Below, piece by piece: positions 16,925 through 27,421 of a stretch of DNA of 64,000 nucleotides. The notes beneath the pieces are model-generated. The model had not been told where the DNA came from. It searched no databases and saw only the letters and a program-made list of their open reading frames with translations. The stretch spans positions 96,001 through 160,000 of the forward strand of contig CAZXTN010000001.1 of assembly GCA_964643685.1 (NCBI GenBank), in the 5' to 3' direction. The stretch's first letter is position 1; every line of letters starts with the position of its first letter. The translations under genes were made by a program, and so were the position numbers. This DNA comes from Candidatus Micrarchaeota archaeon (GTDB taxonomy: Archaea; B1Sed10-29; JAJRYS01).

Positions 16925-17115
16925 CTACAATTTGTTGAACAAATTGTATTAAACAATCTATCTTCGGCGACAAGCGCCTTGATAGACTAGTTCAAACTTC
17001 TAACGAAGTTTGAAATCTTTTTTGCCTTACGGCAAAAAAATGAGCACTTCAGCAAGCTGAAGGGGTCAATTGATACAAACTTTTAAAGTTTGTTTTGCCT
17101 TACGGCAAAAAACAA
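16925..17115 (+). ncRNA. Candidate multi-hairpin structured element, copy 1 (tRNA-Thr trailer)
   Basis: First 31 nt identical to 17937-17967, then the same order of hairpins. Confidence 0.55.
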
Positions 17116-17157
17116 AAAGTGAAAGTAGCAAGATAAGAAAATAGGTGTTTTTTGAAA

Positions 17158-17472
17158 ATGATTAAGATATATAAGATACCAAATGAAAAACTGCAAGAAG
17201 CAAAGAAAGTGCTTGAAAACCCAGATGTAACAACAAACAATTGGGCTAGAAACGGCTACACACTAAGAGACGCTAAAATAATTGGCTTTGATGAAAACTG
17301 CAATTACCTATACGTAAAAGCAATTGAAGAATTCTTCCAACAAAACGAAAAACAAATAACAAGCATAGAAGGGGTTGCAATCTTGGAAGGAGAAGAATTT
17401 GAAAAAGTAAAAAACAAAATAGAGGAAGAGCAGGATTCAACAGCCTCAGGAATAGGAGCAATTTTCGGATAA
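17158..17472 (+). CDS. Conserved archaeal hypothetical protein
   Basis: GGTG RBS; W.RNGYTLRDA, YLYVKA, C-terminal A.GIGAIFG resemble a small archaeal family. Confidence 0.75.
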   Translation: MIKIYKIPNEKLQEAKKVLENPDVTTNNWARNGYTLRDAKIIGFDENCNYLYVKAIEEFFQQNEKQITSIEGVAILEGEEFEKVKNKIEEEQDSTASGIGAIFG

Positions 17473-17492
17473 AAAAAGAGAACAAGGTTAAG

Positions 17493-17565
17493 GGGCTCGT
17501 GGGCTAGTCTGGTATGCTCGGAGCTTCGGGAGCTCCTGACCTGAGTTCAAATCTCAGCGAGCCCA
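17493..17565 (+). tRNA. tRNA-Pro(CGG), intronless
   Basis: GGGCTCG/CGAGCCC; GGAGC-TT-CGG-GA-GCTCC; CTGAG-TTCAAAT-CTCAG. Confidence 0.93.
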
Positions 17566-17657
17566 GTTAACAAAAAAAACAGTTCAAAGAAAAAACAAGT
17601 TTGATAAGATACAATATTAATAAATAACAAAAATAAAAGAACAGATAATAAAAAAAT

Positions 17658-17768
17658 CCCGCTGTAGCTTAGTGGTAGAGCGCCTGGCTGTAGTATGGTT
17701 AAACGCGTGAAAAACGTGTTTTGCAGGTGGTCACCGGGAGATCGGGAGTTCAAATCTCCCCGGCGGGA
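17658..17768 (+). tRNA. tRNA-Tyr(GTA) with 37/38 intron (17694-17732, 39 nt)
   Basis: C1-G72 acceptor CCCGCTG/CGGCGGG-A; CCTGG-CT-GTA-G|...|A-CCGGG. Confidence 0.93.
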
Positions 17769-17808
17769 TTGCCTTTAAAAAAAGAAGAAAACATAAAAAA
17801 AGCAAAAT

Positions 17809-17936
17809 GCCCCGGTAGTCTAGTGGTTAGGATTCAGCCCTGTCGAGGCTGAGACTCGGGTTCAAAAGTGACTTTTCTTTTCAAAAAAGAAAAGACACCT
17901 GAAAAGAAAACACTACTGAAAATCCCGGCTGGGGCG
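17809..17936 (+). tRNA. tRNA-Asp(GTC) with 59/60 intron (17867-17922, 56 nt)
   Basis: GCCCCGG/CTGGGGC-G; CAGCC-CT-GTC-GA-GGCTG; TTCAAA|...TGAAAA|TCCCGG. Confidence 0.93.
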
Positions 17937-18222
17937 CTACAATTTGTTGAACAAATTGTATTAAACAGACCACACAAGGTAGTCTTATTCAAACTCTTTC
18001 AGAGTTTGAAATGTTTTTGCCTTCGCAAAAAAGCTTTGCTTCAAAGAAGGGTTGAAACAAAAATTATAAAAGACCCCTAAGAGAAGCACATGTGGTCTGC
18101 GAGGGAATCAGAAATTCCCTAGAAATCAATCGCCTAACGGCTCAAACGTTTTTCCCTAACAGGAAAAACTGAAAGGGGCAGCAAGTCCCCTGCGTTTCGG
18201 TGAGGATTCAGGCTGGGGCGCT
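17937..18222 (+). ncRNA. Candidate multi-hairpin structured element, copy 2, bounded by a repeat of the tRNA-Asp 3' end
   Basis: Same hairpin series as 16925-17115; GGCTGGGGCGCT at 17927-17938 and 18211-18222. Confidence 0.55.
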
Positions 18223-18251
18223 TTAGCTTTAAAGCAAAAAAGATACGAATA

Positions 18252-18265
18252 GAAAAGTATATATA
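18252..18265 (+). promoter_or_regulatory. BRE/TATA promoter of the rpoH operon
   Basis: GAAAAG-TATATATA about 60 nt upstream of the rpoH start. Confidence 0.55.
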
Positions 18266-18326
18266 CTTGGAAAGCAACAAAAGATACACCTATTTTTTTT
18301 CTATTTTTGGGCTGGGTGAAGTTAAT

Positions 18327-18560
18327 TTGAGCAAAAAAAAGATACTTGAGCATGAATTAGTGCCATTGCACGAGGTTTTACCAGAAGAAGAAGTTAGTCT
18401 TATTTTGAAGAAGTATGGAATTGCAAAAGAGCAGTTGCCTAAAATTTTATCAGATGATCCTGTTGTAAAAGCAATAGGAGCTAAAGAGGGGCAGGTTCTT
18501 AAGATTACAAGAAAAAGCCCAACTGTTCATGAAAGCATTTATTATCGTTTAGTGGTTTGA
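18327..18560 (+). CDS. rpoH: RNA polymerase subunit Rpo5 (H)
   Basis: HELVPLHEVL, QLPKIL.DDPV, ITRKSPT...YYRLV; TTG start after GGTGA. Confidence 0.96.
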   Translation: MSKKKILEHELVPLHEVLPEEEVSLILKKYGIAKEQLPKILSDDPVVKAIGAKEGQVLKITRKSPTVHESIYYRLVV

Positions 18561-18577
18561 ATAAAGGTGTTTGAAAA

Positions 18578-20050
18578 GTGTATCATTGGGAATTAGTTGA
18601 AGCATTGTTTAAAGAAAATCCATTGGTTAAGCAGCATATTGATTCTTATAACGAGTTTGTGAATAACAAAATTCACACTATAATACAAGAGTTAAATGAA
18701 GAGCAGAGTGAAAAAGAAAGAGTTAGGATAAAGTTTCATAAGGTAAGGCTTGAAAAACCAACTGTCATTGAAGCAGATGGTTCTAAAAGAAAAATAACTC
18801 CAAATGAAGCAAGGTTAAGGAACAGGAGTTACTCTGCATCTATGTATGTTGATTTAAGCATTATTGAAGAAGGAAAGGAAATTGACAGGGATGAGATTTA
18901 CATAGGAGAAATACCAGTGATGGTAAAATCAGATTTATGTCATTTGAAAGGATTGTCAAAAGAAGAGTTAATTGAAAAAGGAGAAGACCCATATGAGCAA
19001 GGGGGTTTTTTCATAATAAGCGGAAGCGAAAGAGTGCTTGTTGCAATTGAAGATCTTGCACCTAATCGTTTAATCATCTCAAAAGAAAACAAAGTAGGAA
19101 AAGAAATTGTAAGTGGAAGAATAACTTCTGTTAGAAAAGGATTCAGAGCAAGAACAGTGCTTGAAAGAAAAGAAGATGGAATAATGCACATTAGTTTCCC
19201 TGCTTCTCCTAAAAATTTAAACTTGTTCATGGTTTTAAAAGCACTTGGGTTTGACACCCCTAAGAAGATAAAAGAAGCTTTCTCAGATGACAAGCAAGTT
19301 ATAAACGACATTCTTTTAAATTTAGAGCAAATTGAAGCTAAAAACCAAGAAGAAGCAATTGACTACATTGGAAAAAAACTAGCAGCAGGCCAAATGGAAG
19401 AGTATAGAAAATCAAGAGCAAGATACGTGTTAGACAACTTCCTGCTTCCTCACTTAGGAGTAAGGGAAGAAGACAGGAAGAAAAAAGCGTATTACCTAGC
19501 ATCTGTAACTGAAAAAATGATAGAAGTAGCACAAGGAAAAAGAGAAGAAGACGACAGAGACAATTATACTAACAAAAGGTTGAAAATAACAGGAGTGCTC
19601 ATGGAAGAACTGTTTAGAACAGCCATAAACGCATTCATCAAAGACATAAAATACCAAATAGACAGGGCACATACAAGAGGCAGAAAAATGCAGATAAAAA
19701 CACTTACAAGACCAGATGCAATGACAGACAGGATAAGATTTGCAATGGGCACAGGACAATGGGTAGGTGGAAGAACAGGAGTTTCTCAATTGCTTGATAG
19801 AACAGCTTACATGGCAACAGTGTCACACTTAAGAAGAGTCCTCTCACCTTTGTCAAAAACCCAACAGCATTTCGAAGCAAGGGACTTGCACCCAACTCAC
19901 CTTGGAAAAATATGCCCAAACGAAACGCCAGAAGGACAATCAGTAGGGCTTGTTAAAAACCTTGCAATAGGCTGCTTCATATCCACAAAAGAAACACAAG
20001 GCTTGGAAAAAGAATTTTCAAAAATGGGCGTGGAATTAATAAAAAAATAA
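18578..20050 (+). CDS. rpoB2: RNA polymerase subunit B''
   Basis: QHIDSYNEF, GGFFIISGSERV, GRTGVSQLL, CPNETPEGQSVGLVKNLA. Confidence 0.97.
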   Translation: MYHWELVEALFKENPLVKQHIDSYNEFVNNKIHTIIQELNEEQSEKERVRIKFHKVRLEKPTVIEADGSKRKITPNEARLRNRSYSASMYVDLSIIEEGKEIDRDEIYIGEIPVMVKSDLCHLKGLSKEELIEKGEDPYEQGGFFIISGSERVLVAIEDLAPNRLIISKENKVGKEIVSGRITSVRKGFRARTVLERKEDGIMHISFPASPKNLNLFMVLKALGFDTPKKIKEAFSDDKQVINDILLNLEQIEAKNQEEAIDYIGKKLAAGQMEEYRKSRARYVLDNFLLPHLGVREEDRKKKAYYLASVTEKMIEVAQGKREEDDRDNYTNKRLKITGVLMEELFRTAINAFIKDIKYQIDRAHTRGRKMQIKTLTRPDAMTDRIRFAMGTGQWVGGRTGVSQLLDRTAYMATVSHLRRVLSPLSKTQQHFEARDLHPTHLGKICPNETPEGQSVGLVKNLAIGCFISTKETQGLEKEFSKMGVELIKK

Positions 20051-20076
20051 AAACACGAAAAAGAAGTGAAGATTAA

Positions 20077-21888
20077 ATGAAAAAAACAAAAGTGTACTTG
20101 AATGGAAAACTAATCGGATTCCACAGCAAACCGCAGGAATTAGCAGACTCAATAAGGCAAAAAAGAAGGCAAGGAGAACTGCCAGCAAACTTAACAGTCG
20201 TTTACTACGATGACTTGGATGAAATTTACATTAACACAGATGAAGGAAGAGCAATGCGCCCACTCATAGTTGTAAAAAATGGAAAATCAATGTACACTAA
20301 AGAACATGAAAAAATGATAAAAGAAGGTAAGATAAATTTCTCAGACTTAGTTAAAAACGGAGTAATAGAATACTTAGATGCTGAAGAAGAAGAAAACGCT
20401 TACATAGCATTGACAGAAAAAGAGTTAACAAAAGACCACACGCACTTAGAAATACACCCTTCATTAATGCTCGGAGCAGTTGCAGCAGTAGCTCCTTCAC
20501 CACAACACAATTCATCACCAAGGATAACAATGACAACAGCAATGCTTAAACAAGCATTAGGACAATACGCTTTAAACTACCAAATAAGGTCAGATACTCA
20601 GTCCCATATTATGTACTACACGCAAGAACCATTAGTGCAGACGAAATACATGAGCATAGTCGGGTTAGACAAAAAAGCAGCAGGACAAAACTTTGTAGTA
20701 GCAATAATGCCTTACTATGGATACAACATTGACGACGGATTAGTATTAAACAAAGCATCAGTAGAAAGAGGACTGGCAAGAACAGCTTACTTCAGAACAT
20801 ATGTAACAGAAGAAAGAACATACCCAGGAGGACAAAAAGACAAATTCCAGTTAATCAACCCAGAAGTACAAGGATACAGAGGAGAAGAGGCATACAAATA
20901 CCTAGATGACTACGGCATAGTAGAACCTGAATTCCACGTAAAAAGCGGAGAAGTAATAGTGGGAAAAACAAGCCCACCTAGATTCATAGAAGAAACAGGA
21001 GAATTTGGATTAATAGAAGAAAAAAGAAGAGAAAACTCACTAACAGTAAAATCAGGAGAACACGGAAAAGTAGACTGGGTGATAATCACACAAGGACAAG
21101 GAGGAAACAGGATAATAAAAGTAAGAACAAGAACAATAATGATACCTGAAATAGGAGACAAATTCGCAGCAAGACATGGACAAAAAGGAATCATAGGACT
21201 GCTAGCAGAAAGCAATGACATGCCATTCTCGGAAAAAGGAATAATACCAGACTTATGCATGAACGCACACGCAGTACCATCAAGAATGACAGCTTCATTC
21301 TTACTTGAATGCATAGGAGCAAAAAAAGTAGCATTAAAAGGAGAAATACAAGACGCAACAGCATTCGAACCAATAAACGAAGATGAGATAAAAAAAGCAT
21401 TAAAAGAATACGGCTTCAAAGAAAACGGAAAAGAAACGCTATACGACGGACTAACAGGAAGAAAAATAGAAGCAGAGATATTCACAGGGATAATATACTA
21501 CCAAAAACTAAAACACTTAGTAGCAAACAAGATACACGTAAGAGCAAGAGGACCAATACAAATACTAACAAGACAGCCAACAGAAGGAAGAGGAAGAGAA
21601 GGAGGACTAAGATTCGGAGAAATGGAAAGAGACTGCCTAATCGGACACGGAACATCAATGCTCCTCATGGAAAGATTACTAGAAGAATCAGACAAAGTAA
21701 CAGAACTAGTATGTTCAAAATGCGGAATGATAGCAATAGAAGACAAAATAAGAAAGAAAAAATACTGCCCAGTATGCGGCTCAACAGATGTAGTTCCAAT
21801 AGAAATGAGCTACGCATTCAAACTACTACTAAATGAAATGAAGTCAATGGGAGTATATCCAAAACTTGAATTGGGGGACAAAGCATGA
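20077..21888 (+). CDS. rpoB1: RNA polymerase subunit B'
   Basis: GDKFAARHGQKG, RQPTEGRGREGGLRFGEMERD, C-terminal Zn ribbon. Confidence 0.97.
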   Translation: MKKTKVYLNGKLIGFHSKPQELADSIRQKRRQGELPANLTVVYYDDLDEIYINTDEGRAMRPLIVVKNGKSMYTKEHEKMIKEGKINFSDLVKNGVIEYLDAEEEENAYIALTEKELTKDHTHLEIHPSLMLGAVAAVAPSPQHNSSPRITMTTAMLKQALGQYALNYQIRSDTQSHIMYYTQEPLVQTKYMSIVGLDKKAAGQNFVVAIMPYYGYNIDDGLVLNKASVERGLARTAYFRTYVTEERTYPGGQKDKFQLINPEVQGYRGEEAYKYLDDYGIVEPEFHVKSGEVIVGKTSPPRFIEETGEFGLIEEKRRENSLTVKSGEHGKVDWVIITQGQGGNRIIKVRTRTIMIPEIGDKFAARHGQKGIIGLLAESNDMPFSEKGIIPDLCMNAHAVPSRMTASFLLECIGAKKVALKGEIQDATAFEPINEDEIKKALKEYGFKENGKETLYDGLTGRKIEAEIFTGIIYYQKLKHLVANKIHVRARGPIQILTRQPTEGRGREGGLRFGEMERDCLIGHGTSMLLMERLLEESDKVTELVCSKCGMIAIEDKIRKKKYCPVCGSTDVVPIEMSYAFKLLLNEMKSMGVYPKLELGDKA

Positions 21889-24407
21889 TAGAAAAAGAAA
21901 TAAAATCAGTAAACTTCGGAATACTAAGCCCTGAAATGATAAGAAAAATGAGCGCAATAAGAGTAACTACTCCAGACACATACGACGACAGCGGATACCC
22001 AATAGAAGGAGGACTCATGGACTTAAGACTAGGAGTAATAGACCCGGGACTAAGATGCAAAACATGCGGAGGAAAAATGAACACATGCTCAGGACACTTC
22101 GGTTCAATAGAACTAGTAAGACCAGTAATACACATAGGACACATCAAAATGATAATGGGCTTACTTAAAGCAACATGCAACAAATGCGGAAGAATACTCA
22201 TCCCCCCTGAAAAACTAGAAGAAATAAAAAAACTAATGCTTGAAGAAGAAGACTTAGAAGAAGAAAAAATCCTCGACTTACTTGAAAAGTCAAAAAAAGC
22301 AACAAAATGCCCACACTGCGGAGCAAAACAAGGAAAAATAAAACTAATAAAACCAACAACATTCTACGAAGACGATCAAAGGCTATTCCCATCAGAAATA
22401 AGAGAAAGACTAGAAAGAATACCAGACGCAGACTTAAAATTAATAGGATTAAACCCAGAAAAAGCACGCCCAGAATGGGCAGTCCTAACAGTACTGCCAG
22501 TGCCACCAGCAACAACAAGGCCATCTATCACACTAGAATCAGGAGAAAGAAGCGAAGACGACCTGACACACAAACTAGTAGACATACTAAGAATAAACCA
22601 AAGACTAGCAGACAACATCGCAGCAGGAGCACCGCAATTAATAATAGAAGACCTATGGGACTTACTACAATACCACTTAACAACATACTTCAACAACGAA
22701 GTATCAGGAATACCACCAGCAAAACACAGGTCAGGAAGACCATTAAAAACCCTATTCCAAAGACTCAAAGGAAAAGAAGGAAGATTCAGGTGGAACCTTT
22801 CTGGAAAAAGGGTAAACTTCTCAGCAAGAACAGTAATATCCCCAGACCCAAACATATCAATAGAAGAAGTAGGAGTACCACAACAAATAGCAGAAGAATT
22901 AACAGTCCCAGTAATGGTAACAGAATGGAACAAAGAACAAATAAAAAAAATAATAAAAAGCGATGAATACCCAAAAGCAAACTACGTAATAAGACCAGAC
23001 GGCAGAAGAAAAAAAGTAACAGAACTAAACAAAGAAGAAATAATAGAAGAACTAGACATAGGCTACATAGTTGAAAGGCAACTAATGGACGGAGACATAA
23101 CAATATTCAACAGGCAACCATCACTACACAGAGTATCAATGATGGGACACAAAGTAAAAGTACTGCCAGGCAAAACATTCAGACTAAACGACGCAGTAGC
23201 AAAACCATACAACGCGGACTTCGACGGAGACGAAATGAACCTACACGTCCCACAAACAATAGAAGCACAAATAGAAACAGAAAAACTAATGGCAGTAAGC
23301 AAAAACATAATCTCAATAAGACAAGGAACACCAGACATATCAGCAAACCAAGACCACATAACAGGAGCACACCTACTAACAAGAGAAGGAACCTACTTTG
23401 ACAAAAAAACAACAGAATGGCTACTATCAGCAGTAGGAGTAAAAGAACTGCCAAAACCAGTGTCAAAAAACAAATACGCTGGAAAAGACATCTTCTCAAT
23501 GATAATACCAAAAGAAATAAACCTGAAATACAAATCAAAAATAGGAGAAATAGTCGAAATAAAAAACGGACAAATAGTAAAAGGAACAATGGAAGGACAA
23601 GGACTAAAAAACAACTTAATACTTGAAATAATAAACAAAAAAGGACCAGAAGCAGCAAGAAAATTCATAGACCAATCAACAAAACTAGCACTATACGCAA
23701 TAGTTCAAGAAGGATACACAATAGGATTATACGACTACGAATTGTCAGAAAAAGCACTAAAACAAACAGGAGAAATACTAACAAAAGCAGAAAAAGAAGT
23801 AGACAAATTAATAGAAAAATACAAACAAGGAAAACTTGAAAGAATGCCAGGAAAAACAACAGAAGAAACACTAGAAGACTTAATCATGCAAGTCCTATCA
23901 CAAGCAAGAACAGACGCAGGAAACATAGCAGGAGAAGACATGGGCATAAAGAACCCAGCAGTGTTAATGGGAAAAGCAGGCGTAAGAGGAAACATGCTAA
24001 ACGTAACACAAATGACAGCATGCGTAGGACAAACAGCACTAAGAGGAAAAAGAATACTAAGAGGATACAGAAAAAAAGCACTCCCATACTTCAAAGAAGG
24101 AGACATCTCAGCAAAAGCAAGAGGGTTCATAAGAAGCTCATACGTAGAAGGGCTCAACCCAATTGAATACTACTTCCACTCAATGTCAGGAAGAGACGGA
24201 CTAGTAGACAAAGGAATCAACACATCAAGATCAGGATACATGCAAAGAAGACTAGTAAACGCAATGATAGACCTCTCACTAAAAGAAGACATGACAGTAA
24301 GAAACGCAGCAGGAACAATAATACAATTCACATACGGAGAAGACGGAGTAAATCCGCAAAAAACAAAAACACAAAAAGCAATAAAAGTAGAAAAATTCCT
24401 TCAATGA
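21885..24407 (+). CDS. rpoA1: RNA polymerase subunit A'
   Basis: Catalytic YNADFDGDEMN; N-terminal Zn sites. Confidence 0.98.
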   Translation: MIEKEIKSVNFGILSPEMIRKMSAIRVTTPDTYDDSGYPIEGGLMDLRLGVIDPGLRCKTCGGKMNTCSGHFGSIELVRPVIHIGHIKMIMGLLKATCNKCGRILIPPEKLEEIKKLMLEEEDLEEEKILDLLEKSKKATKCPHCGAKQGKIKLIKPTTFYEDDQRLFPSEIRERLERIPDADLKLIGLNPEKARPEWAVLTVLPVPPATTRPSITLESGERSEDDLTHKLVDILRINQRLADNIAAGAPQLIIEDLWDLLQYHLTTYFNNEVSGIPPAKHRSGRPLKTLFQRLKGKEGRFRWNLSGKRVNFSARTVISPDPNISIEEVGVPQQIAEELTVPVMVTEWNKEQIKKIIKSDEYPKANYVIRPDGRRKKVTELNKEEIIEELDIGYIVERQLMDGDITIFNRQPSLHRVSMMGHKVKVLPGKTFRLNDAVAKPYNADFDGDEMNLHVPQTIEAQIETEKLMAVSKNIISIRQGTPDISANQDHITGAHLLTREGTYFDKKTTEWLLSAVGVKELPKPVSKNKYAGKDIFSMIIPKEINLKYKSKIGEIVEIKNGQIVKGTMEGQGLKNNLILEIINKKGPEAARKFIDQSTKLALYAIVQEGYTIGLYDYELSEKALKQTGEILTKAEKEVDKLIEKYKQGKLERMPGKTTEETLEDLIMQVLSQARTDAGNIAGEDMGIKNPAVLMGKAGVRGNMLNVTQMTACVGQTALRGKRILRGYRKKALPYFKEGDISAKARGFIRSSYVEGLNPIEYYFHSMSGRDGLVDKGINTSRSGYMQRRLVNAMIDLSLKEDMTVRNAAGTIIQFTYGEDGVNPQKTKTQKAIKVEKFLQ

Positions 24408-25547
<1,140 letters not shown>

Positions 25548-25566
25548 AAAAACAAAGGGATAAAAA

Positions 25567-25872
25567 ATGGACATCACAACAGCAATCAAAAGAATACTAA
25601 AAACAGGAAAAGTAGAATACGGCAGCAAAAAAGCAATAGAAAACACACTAACAGGAAAAGCAAAAGCAGTGATAATAGCTGAAAACTGCCCAAAAAACAC
25701 AAAAGAAGACCTAGAAACGTACACAAAGCAAGCAAGCATACCCCTAATAAAATACCCTGGAACAGCACTTGAACTAGGAGAAGTATGCGGAAGACCCCAC
25801 TTAATCGCAAGCATAACAATAATAAACGAAGGAGACGTTGACATCAAAAAACTAACAGAGGAAAAACCATGA
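25567..25872 (+). CDS. rpl30e: 50S ribosomal protein eL30
   Basis: TGKV.YGSK, ELGEVCGRP; operon position. Confidence 0.95.
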   Translation: MDITTAIKRILKTGKVEYGSKKAIENTLTGKAKAVIIAENCPKNTKEDLETYTKQASIPLIKYPGTALELGEVCGRPHLIASITIINEGDVDIKKLTEEKP

Positions 25873-26279
25873 TAAAATACACTCAAGAAGAAATACAACT
25901 AATAAACCACTTCGAAAAAGAAACAAGAACAACAGTAAAAGACTGCATAATAACACCTGAAAACATAACATTCATAGTAAAAAAAGGAGAGATAGGACAA
26001 GCAGTCGGAAAAAACGGCTCAATAATAAAAAAAATAAAACAAAAAATAGGAAAAGAAATAAACGTATACGAACACTCAGACAAACCAGAAGAATTCATAA
26101 AAAACCTTCTGTTTCCAGTAAAGATTAAAAACACAGAAATACAAAACAACACAGCAACAGTTAAAGTCGAAAAACAAGATAAAAAAAGAGCAATAGGAAA
26201 AGAAGGAAAAAAAATAAAAAAAGTAAAAGAAATAATAAAAAGACACTACCCAAACATAACAGAAATAAAAATAATATGA
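25869..26279 (+). CDS. nusA: Archaeal NusA (two KH domains)
   Basis: AVGKNG and AIGKEG KH motifs; conserved position. Confidence 0.93.
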   Translation: MIKYTQEEIQLINHFEKETRTTVKDCIITPENITFIVKKGEIGQAVGKNGSIIKKIKQKIGKEINVYEHSDKPEEFIKNLLFPVKIKNTEIQNNTATVKVEKQDKKRAIGKEGKKIKKVKEIIKRHYPNITEIKII

Positions 26280-26298
26280 AAAAGAGGATGAAAAAAAC

Positions 26299-26727
26299 AT
26301 GCCAGGAGAATTCGCAGCAAAAAAACTAGCAGATGACAGGCAACACTTCAGATGGAAAGATGTAAGATACCAGAAAAGAAAAAGAAGAGAAAGACACAAG
26401 GATACAGACCCATTAGAAGGAGCGCCACAAGCAAAAGGAATAGTAGTAGAAAAAAAAGGAGTAGAACAAAAACAGCCACACTCAGGAATAATAAAAGCAG
26501 TAAGAGTACAACTACTAAAAAACGGTAAGACAGTAACAGCACACGTACCAAGAGACGGAGCAATTAAATTCATAGACGAACACGACGAAGTACTAATAGA
26601 AGGACTAGGAGGCTCACAAGGAGGAGCAATAGGTTCAATGTGGGGAATCAAATACAAAGTAGTCAAAGTAAACGGAGTATCACTAGAAGAACTGAGAAAA
26701 GGAAAGAAAGAAAAAGCAAAAAGGTAA
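26299..26727 (+). CDS. rps12: 30S ribosomal protein uS12
   Basis: [22 protein letters not shown]. Confidence 0.96.
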   Translation: MPGEFAAKKLADDRQHFRWKDVRYQKRKRRERHKDTDPLEGAPQAKGIVVEKKGVEQKQPHSGIIKAVRVQLLKNGKTVTAHVPRDGAIKFIDEHDEVLIEGLGGSQGGAIGSMWGIKYKVVKVNGVSLEELRKGKKEKAKR

Positions 26728-26754
26728 GTAACTAAAAAAAGGAAAGGATGACAA

Positions 26755-27360
26755 ATGACACAACATGAACTCATATTCGGAAAATGGGAATCAAAAGCAA
26801 AAATAACAGACCCTGGAATAAGAAGATACTTGAATCTCGACGCAAGAATAGTGCTACACAATCAAGGAAGACACGCTAAAAAAACATTCGGAAAAACAAA
26901 AGTCCACATAGTAGAAAGACTCATAAACTCCTTAATGAGAGGAGGAACAGGCAGAAAAATAGGCGGAAAAGTAATCAGAGGCAGAGGAGGAACAGGAAAA
27001 AAAACAAAAATGCATGAAATAACAAAAAAAGCCTTTGAAATAATACACACAAAAACAAAACAAAACCCAGTAGAAGTGCTAGTAAAAGCAATAGAAAACG
27101 CTGCTCCAAGAGAAGAAACAACAAGAGTAAAATACGGAGGAGCAATCCAACACTTACCAGTAGACATAGCACCACAAAGAAGAATCGACTTCGCATTAAG
27201 AAACATTGCAAGAGCAGTGGCAATAAAATCATTCGACACCAAAAAAACAGCAGAAGAAGCACTAGCAGAAGAACTAATCCTAGCTTCAAAAAACGAGCCA
27301 AGCTCAAACGCAATAGCAAAAAAAATAGAAGTTGAAAGAATAGCAAAATCAAGCAGGTAA
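26755..27360 (+). CDS. rps7: 30S ribosomal protein uS7
   Basis: IVERLIN, AIENAAPREE, VDIAPQRR. Confidence 0.96.
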   Translation: MTQHELIFGKWESKAKITDPGIRRYLNLDARIVLHNQGRHAKKTFGKTKVHIVERLINSLMRGGTGRKIGGKVIRGRGGTGKKTKMHEITKKAFEIIHTKTKQNPVEVLVKAIENAAPREETTRVKYGGAIQHLPVDIAPQRRIDFALRNIARAVAIKSFDTKKTAEEALAEELILASKNEPSSNAIAKKIEVERIAKSSR

Positions 27361-27421
27361 AACTAAAAAAAAACAACAAAAACATGATTTTTCAAATTAA
27401 AAAAAAAGAGGATGTTGAATT

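Noticed and set aside
3076-18080. Short ORFs overlapping tRNA loci (3076-3387, 12644-12841, 14107-14453, 16634-16973, 17547-17753, 17868-18080)
   Set aside because: They run through tRNA genes and structured repeats, with no RBS or protein motifs
11581-18222. Integrated provirus or integrase-bearing island in the tRNA cluster
   Set aside because: No integrase, transposase, capsid or replication gene is recognisable, and the att-like repeats enclose under 300 bp
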